A stretch of 64,000 nt of DNA from the NCBI GenBank assembly GCA_033442325.1, contig JAWQFM010000008.1, forward strand, positions 1 to 64,000, read 5' to 3'. Made by a program: the position numbers and the translations under genes. The first letter of the stretch is position 1. Each line of letters begins with the position of its first letter. This document shows, in pieces, positions 1 to 32,315 of this stretch. Below the pieces are notes generated by a model. It worked only from the letters and a program-made list of their open reading frames with translations. It made no database searches and was not told the DNA's origin. This DNA comes from Salpingoeca rosetta (lineage: Eukaryota > Protista > Choanoflagellata).

Positions 1-810
1 ACCAACCGCCAACGATTATCCTCACCTGTGCTTGATGCAGCGAGACAGCCAGCCAATGTGCCACAGCAAAGCCAGAAAAAGGAAGCGCAATCACACGCCA
101 CGGCCACCATCGTTACCGCTGATGGAGCAGAAAGGGGAGATAATGGGGGAAGAGTGGTGGGCACGGGCCGTGTCCTTCCTTGTCTTCATCGTTGCAGCCC
201 CAAACACGGTGCACAGCGCACACGCACACGCACGGCCATCATCACAGCAGCACACCAGCAGCAGCAGCAGCAGCATCATGCGTGCCTGTGAGGCAAGGAG
301 AAACCAACCAGAGACGAACAACAATGACCGGTGATGGTGAGGACATGAAAGGAGGGACACAAGGGACCACGCATGGGAATATGCAGCATGATGTGGGCGG
401 GTGCATCACCTATACACAAGAACAACGAAGCAAGCACCCAAGCAAGCAAGCAGGCAGGCACAAAATATCACCACCATCACAACATCCACATCCACTACAG
501 CTGCAATACCTGCTGTTGGCCGCTGTCTCAATCACGCCTCAACAGCTCCACATCACATGGGAAAGGCTGATGATGATGATGACACCGAGCAAAGACGATT
601 AGTTGGGAAAAGAAGAAGGGAATTCGGCTGGGGAAACCCACACACGTCCGTCTGCAGCCACGCACACACGCGCACACATTGAGTTGTGTGATTGGTTCAT
701 GTGAGGCACACGTCAGTGCAACCACCCCACAGCCAATGTCTGCTCTGGTGTGTTGGCATGCATGTGTACATGCGTGTACGTGCGTGTGAATGAGTACTAC
801 CACCCCATCA

Positions 811-850
<40 letters not shown>

Positions 851-2444
851 CCCCAACATCTCACCTTGTGCCTTCTTTTCTTGCACATTTGTGTGTGCAT
901 TTATCGCCCTGCTCGTGTCATGGGGGCCTGGGAAGAGATCGGTCACCGTCCTGAGCAAATCACACACATGTACACATGCGCAAGCACAAACTACAAAATC
1001 AGCAAGAATGACACCACGCAGTGAGCCAGCATGGCAGAAACAACCCACATCAACCCCCTTGTGCCTCATTCACATCACCGACATCATCACCTGTGCACGC
1101 ACATGTCACACCCCACACACAGATACGCACCACCACCACCACCACAAGCAGCACATCTGCATATTCGTGTGCGTGCGCCGTCTACATCCACCACAAATCA
1201 CTCACCGCCACCAGCAGCGTCGTCATGCAAGGCAACGGCAAATCGACGCACAATACACCCTGAACGTGTGCGTGTGGAGAAAGAGGTGAGTTGTCACAGA
1301 ATCAGGCTGTCAACGACAACAACACCCATTGCCAGCACCAACAGACCCAACGACATCCAACCAACCCTTCACAAACACACACATACGACATGCTGATGTT
1401 CACACCCAACACATCACACACCACCCACATCACCACAACCACCGCCATTCATCTCACCTCCACATCCACGGCCGCACCCGCTGTTGTTGGTGACAAATGA
1501 TGACGACGACGAGGTGGTGGAGATGGCCCAGAGGCAGAGGGCCCGTTCATCCAAATGCAGCCAGCCATCAGCTGTTGCTGCTGGTGTTGTTGATGGTGGA
1601 AACGGTGACGGTGAAAACAAACGGCCCCTTGCCACGCCGTGTCCTTTGCTCGCTCACTCAGCTGCTTGGTTGGTCGGTTGGATGGAGACGAGATACATGG
1701 CCCTGTGTCCAAATCAATCGAAAAACAGGAGAGAAGAAGAAGAAGAGACACATGAGCGGACAGAACAGACAAGGAAAGAGGGAGGCGAAGAAGGGAACAC
1801 AGCGTGTCAACCAACACACACACACACACATCTAAGTCGCCCTTCTCACCTCCAGCAATCGTCATCGTCATCGTCGTTAGTTCCACAGCTTCATGCGCCT
1901 CCTCAACGCTGTGAATTGTGTGTGCACGGACACAAGAAGGGAGAGAATACAGGGGTTGAGGTTGACAGCGAAGCATCATCAACCACACGCCAGCCTCATC
2001 CAACCACCCGCATTGACACAACCTCACGCGCACACATGTTGTCCCCACTCACCACCACCACGCACACACACACACACGCACATTGCTCACCTCTTCATCA
2101 GAGCGACTGACATGTGCAATGTCTGCCTCACGCCAGATTGGGGCCGTTGTCGGCCGGCGTGTGATGGCGGCTGTGCAGTCGATGGCGATGGTGACGGTGA
2201 TGGCGGTGACAGCGGAGCTGAGGTGGAAGAGAAAGAAAGGAGCGAGAAATGGGGAAGGTTGATGATGATGGGTCGTTCATGGCGGATTCCTTCCCCTCTT
2301 GTGATGTGGCCCTGGTGCCCATGCAACCAACACGCAACGACAAGACACAACGATACCATCACCCACAAGGCACAGACATGGCATGTGAGCACATCAGGCG
2401 TATTCAGCTTCTTGCTCCTCCCTGCTCTCCTCCTCCTCGCCCCA

Positions 2445-2526
<82 letters not shown>

Positions 2527-4382
2527 ACACCTGCGCATAGCTGCGTCGCTGTGGTTGGATGTGCCCACCATGACCATGGACGTGTGTGTCCACAGCTGCT
2601 CCTCCCAACCCATCATGTGTGCACCCGCCCATCATCCTCCAACGATCCTCACACAGTCATCCCCTGCATACACACATGCACACATTGCATGTGAGTTGCA
2701 CAGCTACACTGCTGCACCAGGCACAGCAGCAGCAACAACAACACATGCACCATACGCCAACCAAAGCATGCATGATGGGCTCACCTTGCTCGCATATGGG
2801 AACCCTGCATGAGCACAGCAGCGACAGCCGAATCAGGGGAAGTTGCAGCAGCAGCAGTCGGCATGCGAGCCCACTTCCATCAACATTGTGATGTGTGCTG
2901 GCACCTCACCACCTGTGTGTGTGCGTGGTTGCAGGGAATGTGAATGGGAATAGAACACAACAGGCACAGAGAAAGCCATGATGTCAGCACAGCAGAACGA
3001 GTGATTGACATGACACGCACCACGTGTGCGTGTGTGTGTGCGTGTGTGATCATCATCCCCCATCAACCCTCTTCCTTGTTCATTTCATCGCACCCCATCA
3101 CCATCACAGCCCCATCACACAACCAACAACCACTCATCACCACGCACATACCATGTGTGAGGCGAGTGCAGCTGGCACGCGTGGCAAGTAGCCTCGACAT
3201 TCCCTCATCCTGTTGCCTGTGCGTGTGCATCGCCTGCAAGTGTGTTTGTGTGCGAGCACCAGCATGGTGAGTGAGTGAGTGGGAAAGAGGGAGCATGGAT
3301 ATGTGCGCAGCCACACTGCTACTGCCACTGCTAATGCTGTGCATGCATGTGTGTGAAGGAGGAGAAAGGGAAGAGAGAAAACTGAAAACAGAGGGAAGGA
3401 ACAAGACATGCTCCATCCATCCCTCTTCCTCACACCACACACCATCATCCTCTGTCATCAGCCAGCCACACCACACCACACCACACCACACTCACCCAGC
3501 ATCCCCCACCCCACCTCATCCCATCCATCCAACCAGCCAGCACACATCTCCTCTCCGCTTTCCCTCTTCTTCACGCCCTCACCTCTGCTGCTGCTTCCAG
3601 CCTAAAATGCAACTTGTGCTGTCGCCACCTGTTCCCAGCAGCAGCAGCGGGCGATGCTGGTTGGTTGGTTGGTTGGCTGGTTGGTTGGTTGGTGGGGGAA
3701 TGTGTTCAGCAGCAAGTGGTGGTGGTGGTGCATCCTCTGCTGCTGCTGCATCGGCGGTGGAGGGTGTGTTGGGTGCTGCTGCTGTTGTTGTTGTGATGGC
3801 TGCCAGGGAGGGCGAGAAAGAGAGGGGAATATAAGCAGCGGCTGCAAGGTGGAGAATGTGCAGGTGTGCAGGCAGTTGTGTGTGAGAGAACGAAGAGTGA
3901 GAGAGCGCACCAAGCAAGGCAAAACAGGCAGCCGCACGACACACATGTACACATTGACGTGGGTCAACAAGGGGAGACAGGAGCAACAGAGACAGCGACC
4001 ACAAAACACGCACACTGATGCTGTGCGCATCATACACACATGCTGTGATGCACTCACGTTGCTCATCGCTTGCTTGTTTGTGGTGTGGTGTGTGTTGGTG
4101 CTGCTGCTTCCACAGCCGCACAAGCGTGGCTGGATGATCACTACATGGCAGCGCCCGTCTGTTCATCCCACCAGAGCAGTGGTGATTGGTGCAGGGGGGT
4201 GGGTGACAGCTGCTGGCTCAAGGGCCCTGTGTGCGGCGACAGCAGAAGGAAGGAAGGGGAAACGAGCAAGCGTGGAGGGTGGTGTTGAGGGTGGGAATGG
4301 AAGGATGTGAGCAAACACACAAGAACATGAGGGTGTGGTGATGATGGCGTGTGGGTGGTGGAGAAGAGAACATGCACCTCGA

Positions 4383-4421
<39 letters not shown>

Positions 4422-5700
4422 GTCTGGGTGATGCACACACACACCTGTCTGGGTGATGCAGTGGTTTGATCACCATTCATCCGTCGGCATGTAGTCATTT
4501 GTTGGTTGGTTGGTGGGGGTCGCCCACTGGCTCACGCATCAGCCAGCACCTGCTGCTGCTGCTGCTGCTGATGATGATGATGATGGAAAACATTCATCCG
4601 CACGCACCACCACAAACAAGCAACAACAGCAGTGAGCAGCGTGTCACAGACAGAAAGAAGAAAGAAGAAGAAGGAGGATGAGAAGAAACACAACCCGTGC
4701 ACACACACACATACATACACATTGGCTGTGATGTTGGTTGATGTCATTTCCCCCTCCTCTATCTCATGTGTGTGCTGCTCACTGGTTGAGAGGTTGCATG
4801 ATCCATTCTCAGGGCCGCTGCATGTCGGTGGCTGATGGCAGTTGTTCTGTCACCACACAACGGTGAGCAAGTGTGTGTGTGTGAGTTGTGGTGTGCATTT
4901 GTGTGTGCCACACGCAGTGGTGTGTTGGTTGTGATCCAACCACCCATGGATGGATGGATGGATGGTGGTCCACCTGTGTGTGTGGCTGTGTGTGCACGAT
5001 GACAGCGTGCGCTGTGTTGTTGTTGTTGATGATGATGGTGGTGGTTGTTGTTGCTGTGCGCAGTGTGCAAGGAGAAGAAGGAGAAGAGGAGGAGCACGGA
5101 GTGAGAGGAAGAAGTGGGTGCACTCAATCTCACCCTCACCTGTCGATGGATGGGTCATTCATGTGGTCGTTGGTTGGTTGGTTGGTTGGTTGGTTGTGGG
5201 TGGTTCATCACAGGAGAAGGAAATGGACAACGATGGAAGGATGGATGGATGGATGGAAGGAAGGGGAGAGAAAGGGAGAGAGACGGTGCGCACACCCTCC
5301 CTGCACATGTGCATGTGTGTGCGTGTGAATGCGTGTGTGTGAATGCGTCAGCGACGACGACGAAGGGAAGGAAGGAAGGAAGGAAGGAACGAGGCACGCA
5401 CAACCACCAATGTGTGTGCGTGTGTGTGTGTGCACGAACCAATGACGCATCCTCACCTCACCTCACTTCACCTCAACTCATCTCACCTGCCTGTCAGCTG
5501 CAGCGACGACGACGACCATGATCACCATCACCATTCCCACCACCATCACCATCACACAGCTGCTGCGCAGAAGAAGAAGAATGAAGCAACGGCGAGTGGA
5601 TTGGTTGGTTGGTTGGTTGGAAAGCAGAATCGGTTGTTTGCTCGTTTCTGCTTGCTGCTTCTGCTGGTTTTTGGTGTGTGTGCGATTTTCCTTGCTTGCT
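1..5700. other. Gene-poor low-complexity region (intergenic or spacer-like)
   Basis: No ORF with a recognisable domain. Mix of (CA)n, (GGTT)n, (GGAT)n, (GGAA)n, (CAG)n and (GAT)n; 25-nt tandem duplication at 4411-4460. Confidence 0.55.
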
Positions 5701-5718
5701 ACTTGCTGGCTCTGCCTT

Positions 5719-5725
5719 GATAAAT
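5719..5725 (+). promoter_or_regulatory. TATA-like element upstream of 5S
   Basis: GATAAAT about 28 nt upstream of the 5S start, the usual position for Pol III upstream elements. Confidence 0.4.
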
Positions 5726-5746
5726 GGCTTGTCTTGCTCTGTTGTC

Positions 5747-5865
5747 GGCAACGTTCATACCAACGGGATCACGCCCGCTCTCGTCCGATCGCGGAAGCTA
5801 AGCCCGTTTGGGCCCGTTCAGTACTGCCGTGGGTGACCAGGCGGGAATCACGGGTGATGTTGCTC
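5747..5865 (+). rRNA. 5S ribosomal RNA gene
   Basis: GGCAACGTTCATACC...CTCGTCCGATC..GGAAGCTAAGC...CAGTACT...GGGAATC..GGGTGATGTTGCT follows the eukaryotic 5S layout (119 nt). All five helices pair: GGCAAC/GTTGCT, CCAACGGG/CCCGTTTGG, CCGC/GCGG, CTGCC-TGG/CCA-GGCGG, CCCGT/ACGGG. Confidence 0.96.
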
Positions 5866-5871
5866 TCTTCC

Positions 5872-5882
5872 TTTTTTTTTTC
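5872..5882 (+). terminator. RNA polymerase III oligo-T terminator of the 5S gene
   Basis: Run of 11 T a few nt after the 5S 3' end. Confidence 0.85.
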
Positions 5883-6095
5883 TTCTGTGTGGTGGTGTGG
5901 CTGCTGCTGCGCTGGTTGCTGCTGTGCTGCTGTCTCCTCTTTCTCTTGTCTTAGCTTGGCTTGGTTCGGTTTACTTCTTGTTCTTGTTCTTTGCTTGCTG
6001 ACTTGCTTGCTTCCACTTCTTGGGGTGAAGAGGTGGTGGCCTCTCTTGTTGCTTGTCTTCAGCGTTGCGTTGCTTCACACACACACACCCACTCA

Positions 6096-6130
<35 letters not shown>

Positions 6131-6187
6131 GCACACACACACACACACTGGATGCCTGACATCGTGTCTTCTCGGCGCATTTATTTC

Positions 6188-6235
<48 letters not shown>

Positions 6236-6246
6236 CACACACACAC

Positions 6247-6304
<58 letters not shown>

Positions 6305-6309
6305 GCGCG

Positions 6310-21171
<14,862 letters not shown>

Positions 21172-21678
21172 GGCTGGCAAGTCAAGCGAGCTGGCGGTGT
21201 GTTCTTGCTCAATAAGAGAAACAGCGAGAGAGGCGCGTTTGTTTGCTCGTTGCTTGGCTGTATTGGGTGCTGAGGATCGACGAAAATCATCGAACAAAAG
21301 TCGACGACTGTGTGTGTGTGTGTGTTTGTGTTTGTGTGTTTGTGTTTGTGTGTTTTGTGTTGACGGGTTTATTGGGGAAAACTCGCTGAAATCTTACACT
21401 GCTCCCAGCGCTCAGAGATGGGGAAGGCAATTGCGGCAAAACAAAGGGCAGCGGTGCGCATGGGTGAATGTGTTTGTGTGTGTGTTGTGTGTGTATGTGT
21501 GTGTGTTGTGTGTGTGTGTGTATGCGTGTGTGTGTGCGCGGTGTTGTGCGAGAGAGACATGGCATTGTGTAACGAACAAAAATAAGCGGGGCTAAAGGCG
21601 CCTTGGGGTAACGACACAAGCACAAACAGAGAAGGAAGAGGAATCCATGACATATTGGAAGAACCATGCCGTGGCATG

Positions 21679-26351
<4,673 letters not shown>

Positions 26352-26587
26352 CGTTCACTGGGCGTTGTTTTTGTTTGGATTTGCTCGCGCAGAATAAAAA
26401 TTATTGTGATGTTTGACGATATTTTCATGTAGTTTTCGCGTTGCGTTGGGCATCTGCTTGTTGGTTGGTTTGCGCCTCTTGTTCTTCCTTCCACTGCCAC
26501 ACACTTTCCCATCAACTCCACCTACGTCTCTTTGCGTTCACCTTCTTTCCGCCGCCCTCCTTGACCAACAACAACAGCCACTCCACG
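26352..26587. promoter_or_regulatory. Putative bidirectional promoter (DUF4838 / myosin)
   Basis: Head-to-head ATGs 236 bp apart with an AT-rich core. Confidence 0.55.
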
Positions 26588-27707
26588 ATGGCTCGCCCAC
26601 CCAAGCCATGGCTGAAGGGCCAGGTCGATGATCTTGTGTCTCTTCCCCAGCTGGACGACACGATCCTCTTGCAAGAGCTGCACGAGCGATACAAGCTCAA
26701 GAAGATCTACGTGAGCTTGTGTTTCTTCTTGTTCATGTGTAGTGTTTGTGTGTTTGTGTGTTTGTGTGTGTGTGTGTGTTTGTGTGTGTTTGCGTGTTGG
26801 TGTGTGTGTTTGTGTTTGTGTGTGTTTGCGTGTTGGTGTGTGTGTGTTTGTGTTTGTGTGTGTGTGTGTATTCTTATGCACGCCCATGTGTTTGCGTTTG
26901 TGTTTGTGTGTGTATGTGTGTTTGTGTATGTGTGTGTGTGTGTGTTAGCGTGCGTGTGTTTGTGTGTGTGTTTGCGTGTATGTATTCTTATGCACGCCCA
27001 TGTGTTTGTGTATGTGTCCGTCCTCCATACGCACCTGTGTGCATGTGGCTCCACCCAACACACGCGCTCTTGTCCACGTCACCCACCACAGCTCAGACCA
27101 GTGGTGTCGACTCGTTTTGGCCTTGCCCCACCATTTGTTCACCTCACCTAACCCAAACCCCCACCCCCCCCCCCCCTTCACTAACGCCAAATTTGCCGTC
27201 CCACCCGCTTCGCTCGTTTTGCTTCCCACGACAGACCTATGTCGGTGACATTCTGGTGGCTGTCAACCCCTTTGAGCAGCTCCCCATCTACGGCAAGGAG
27301 GTCCGGACACCATTTCTGCCCACTGGTGGCATTGCTGTGTCGTTGCTGTTGTTTCTTTTGACGAATGCACACCTGCTGCCCATCCTTGCCCTGCAGCGCC
27401 ACAATGCAAAAACAGGGTACAGTTGTCACTGCGCTTACGCCACCGATGCTGTTTTCCTTGACCTTTTGCTCTCTCTTTTACGCTTCCAGATTCAAGCCAA
27501 GTACTATGACAGCGTCAAGTCGTCCAACCCGCCGCACATTTTCGCCATTGCGGATCAGGCCTACTTCACCATGGTCCGCAACTCCCGCAACCAATGCGCC
27601 GTCATCAGGTCGGTCTTTGTTCACACGCAGCAACACTCACCAGACCCGAACCGCCACCACCAAATGTCCGCGCCTGCACGCACACACACACACACACACC
27701 CATACAC

Positions 27708-27746
<39 letters not shown>

Positions 27747-30700
27747 GACACAACACACACACACCCATACACACACACACACACGGACACAACACACACA
27801 CACACACACACGCAATACATGCCCCTCACCCCCCTCCCATTCTTCGCCTTTTGTTTTGCTATTCGCGTGCAGCGGCGAGTCTGGCGCCGGCAAAACGGAG
27901 AGCGCAAAGCTGCTGATGCGCCACATCATCCACCTGTGCCACTCTGGGACGGAGGGCCAGGACATTGAGCAGCGCGTCATCGAGGTGAACCCGCTGCTCG
28001 AGGCATTTGGCAACGCGGCCACTCGCATGAACCACAACTCGTCTCGCTTCGGCAAGTACACCGAGGTCAACTTTGACAACAACGGCCACGTCGTCGGCGC
28101 CAAGGTAAGATATATCGGGGTTGATGCTCACGTGTATGGCTGACCCCGTCCCCTCTTCCTGAATGCCCCTCTGCCGTCATGATGTTGTTCATATGCATCA
28201 TTGCACTCACTCACCCCCCCCCCCCAACCGCACACACGCATACACACACACACACACACACATACGCACGCATTGAAACGTGGTTTGCAGATCTCGCAAT
28301 ACCTGCTTGAGAAGTCGCGTGTTGTGAAGCAGAACACCGGTACGTAATGAGGCCCATCTCTCACGCACCCTCTCCACGTGCGATGCAAACAGCAACACCA
28401 CCACGACCAACAACGCCTGATTGCCTCACCCACGTGCCACTTGTCAACTGCTTACGTGTGTTGTCAGGTGAGAACAACTTCCACGTGCTGTACTACGTGT
28501 TTTCGAGCCCAAAGGCGCAGGCACTCGGCCTCACCAGCCCGCGCGACTTCCCATACGTCAGCACCACCCCTGGCCTTCCCAACGCTGCAAGGTGCAAACA
28601 CGCCGGCGCTCTTGAATTAAAAGGGTGGCACACAGCGAGGAGTGCAGGGTGTGAGGCACGGAGACGCTACCTACCTACCTGTGGCCTGCTGTGTGTTACA
28701 CTCTGCGCGTGGTACCTTGTATCCTTCGACTTGCATCCCACTCACCACCACCATCGCCATAACTGCCACGCACGTGTATAGGATGTACTCCAGTGTCGTG
28801 CAGGCGCTGGACACCGTCGGCTTTTCCCCGGTACAAATGCGCCTGATTGCTTGGTTCTGTGTGCGTGTGTGCGTGCGTGCGTACGTGTGTGTGTGTGTGT
28901 GTGCGTGTGCGTGTGTGTGTGTGTGTGCGTGCTCTGCCAAGCAACAAGCACAACAAGAGGCGGCTGGTACAGCCCCAGCTCAAGCAGGAACATGCCCGTG
29001 CGTTGTTCGAGTCTGTGAATTCACACCTTGACGTGCGCGCGCGCGTGTGTGTGTGTATACAGAGCGAGCAAGACAACATCCACGCCATCCTGGCTGCGGT
29101 GCTGCATATTGGCAACCTCGCATACTCGGAAGCCCGCCCAGACCAGGCGCAGGTCTCAAGCAGCCCCCAGCTCGTTGCAAAGAGTACGACACACATGCAC
29201 ACGCACATTGAGTTGCATTTTGCCCATTTTGTTTGGCAGACAGGCGCGCAGCCAACATGTTGGCTAGCATGCAGCCAAACAAACAATCCCTCCCAACGCA
29301 CACACATACACACACACACACATCTATACATCTACACACGCACACACACACGCACACACACACGCACACACACATCTACACACATACACACCAACACACG
29401 CACATGTGCCACAACTTTATCGCGGCCTCACGTCGCTGCACGACTGCTGTCACGGTGCAGTCTCTGAGCTGCTCGGCCTCAACCCGGAGGAGCTGAAGGA
29501 GGCACTCACGGCAAAGACGACCTACACGCGCGGCGAGACCATCCGCCGCACGTACTCGTGCGAGCTGGCGCTGGTGTGCAGGGACGCATTTGCAAAGGCC
29601 CTGTACGGTCGCCTCTTCGAGTGGATCGTGTCCCACATCAACACGCTTCTCGCGCCAGGTCGGTCGTTGCATCCAATCGTGTGTCGTTGGATCAATTGTT
29701 GCACGCACATGCACACATATGCACGCACGCACGCACGCACAGACACATACACATACACACATACGTGTGCATGCACATCCACACATGAACACACACGTAC
29801 ACACACATGAACACACGCATACACACACACACACATGAACACCCCCTCTCACTCTCTACCTTCCTTATCCACTACCCAGGCATGTCCCATAGCACGAAGA
29901 AGAACCTGCTTGAGATTGGCATTCTCGACATCTTCGGCTTTGAGCACTTTGACCGCAACGGGTACGTCGCCTCGCACGGTGGCACCCTTGCTGCTGCAGC
30001 AGCTGTTTCTTGTTTTATGAGTGCATGCGGTGTGAACTAAGTTCCTTCTCATTCCTCCACGTCATCACCCTCACCCGTCACTGTTGCGTGCGTGTCCATC
30101 ACAACCTAATGCCTTGTAGGTTCGAGCAGCTGTGCATCAACATTGCCAACGAACAACTGCAAAACTTCTTCAACGAGGTGTGAGGCCTCTCTTGCCAATG
30201 CCAATTGCGAAAATTCAGCCGTTTCACTGCGCAAACTGCGTGTGCGCACCCCCCCCCCCCCCCCAAACACACACGCACACACACACACGAACACCCCAAA
30301 CACACACGCACACACACACGAACACCCCAACACACACACACACGCACACACACACGAACACCCCAACACACAGAGCTCATCGTCACTGCACACGTTACCT
30401 CACTGCAATCCAACTTTGCACACGGACTCCATTGACAGCACATTCTTTAACAAGAAATGGAAGAATACAAAAAGGAAGGGGTCCATGGGTTCCACATCCC
30501 CTTCATGATTATGGAAACTCAGCATCGGTTCTTTGCTTTAACGCCTAGAAATGTGCCGAATCAGTTCTGCCGTGAGGAGCCAACGTAAGTTCCAAAATCT
30601 CGCAAAAAGCATCAACCAAACGAATCGCCGCAGCATCGAGTTGATTAAGCAAGGCGTATATTAGTCGGGATTTGTGAGTCGCGAGCGTATTATGTCTCGG

Positions 30701-31125
30701 AATACCGGTGGGGCCTAGTTTCAGGCGAACTTGCCGCATATCAGATTCGCGCGGTGACAAGCCTTCGAAGAAAAGGACGATTCTCCCTGTGGCAAGAAAT
30801 CTCCTATTGTGTCTGCGCAACGCGTAGCGACTTACTGAAGCGATAAAGTGGTGATCCCTTCACTGCGTGCCGCAGGAGTATCTATGCCTTCCCTAGGACT
30901 TCTTTTGTGCAGGAGCGGTCCCCGATCGATTACTATACGAGTTAGACAACAGACCCGCGAGTTCGGAAGGACCGTCTTTGAGAGTTGCGGAAAAAGACTA
31001 CCGTTTCAGCCCGATCATCCCTAGAGGTACCCGGCGCATAGACCTTTGCCCTGCTACCCGGTATAAGACGGAACCACCCGGTTGTCGTGGCGGTATGTGA
31101 GATTACACACATTACTACTGCCACG

Positions 31126-31183
<58 letters not shown>

Positions 31184-32263
31184 TCCCCGGCCTCTCCCCG
31201 CCCCTTCTCACTCCTGCAGTTGAGAAGTACAAGCAGACGTTTGCCTCGCACAAGGACTTCGCCCCCGCCCGCACGAGCGAGCCGTGCTTCACCATCCACC
31301 ACTATGCCGGAGACGTGACGTACCACACGGAGGGATTCCTGGACCGCAACAAGGACGAGCTGCCCGCCGACGTCGTCGGCCTGTGCTTCAGCAGCAACGT
31401 GCCCCTCATCCACCAGATGTTCGAGGCGAACCAGGTCCGCACACGACAAAAGATTGTTACTTTGAAAGCGCTCCTGGGCGTGGGTGTCTTCGTTCATTTG
31501 GATTTGTGTGTGTGTGTGTGAGTGTGCGTGTGAGTGTGTGAGTGTGCATGTGTGTGATTGTGCCATTTTGATTGTGCACGCGCTTGTGAGTGTGCAAGTG
31601 TGAATTCCGTCTTCTTGTCTCGCCCTTTTGTGCCAGCGTGCCTTATCAACGGCTGACACCTCTCCATCTCCTGCCCCCCCCCCCCAAAACAAACAGGACG
31701 GCCAGCCAGGCAAGGGAGGGTCTGCTGGTACGATGAACACGGCCCGCAAGCGCGCACCGACCGTCGGCCACCAGTTCACATCGTCCCTCCGCGAACTTGT
31801 GGCCAAGATGCAGCGGTGCATGGTGCGTTGGCCGCTTGGCGGCGGTGCTCGCGAGCCTGCTTAGCTGCTTGACTGCTTGTGTTGTTTGATGTGCCTTTGT
31901 GTTGTTGTTGTGAATACAGTTTTGACACAGGACGTATGTGTGTGTGTGTGTTTGTACGTGTGTTTTTACGTGTGTGGCAAACATCCTCACTCTCTTTTTC
32001 ATCATCGCACGTATCTTCCAGGCCCACTTTGTGCGCTGCATCAAGCCAAACTACGAGCAGGTACGGTGCTGCGACAGTAGCTGTGTACTGCACACACACA
32101 CACACACACGCACAGATGCATGCTTGTACTCGTCTCCTCCAACGCCACGCTGCCTCCCCACTTGTCTCACTTCACCCATTTATCCCCTCGCCTTCCCTGC
32201 TTCGTGTCTGCAGGAGCCAAACAACTACGTCGACGAGTTTGTTGACCGCCAGCTTCGCTACAC

Positions 32264-32315
<52 letters not shown>

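Noticed and set aside
1484-2110. 208-aa ORF and other ORFs in the first 5.7 kb as protein genes
   Set aside because: No domain motif, low-complexity content, and no coherent exon chain that I could build.
1-6300. tRNA, snRNA or spliced-leader genes linked to the 5S gene
   Set aside because: No T-loop/B-box, U2 or U6 signature seen by eye. An Rfam/tRNAscan search would be needed to exclude them fully.
30448-30450. Myosin as a pseudogene, or stop-codon readthrough
   Set aside because: The other exons appear intact, and the TAA lies in a stretch that looks like low-quality sequence (inflated homopolymers, aberrant codon usage).
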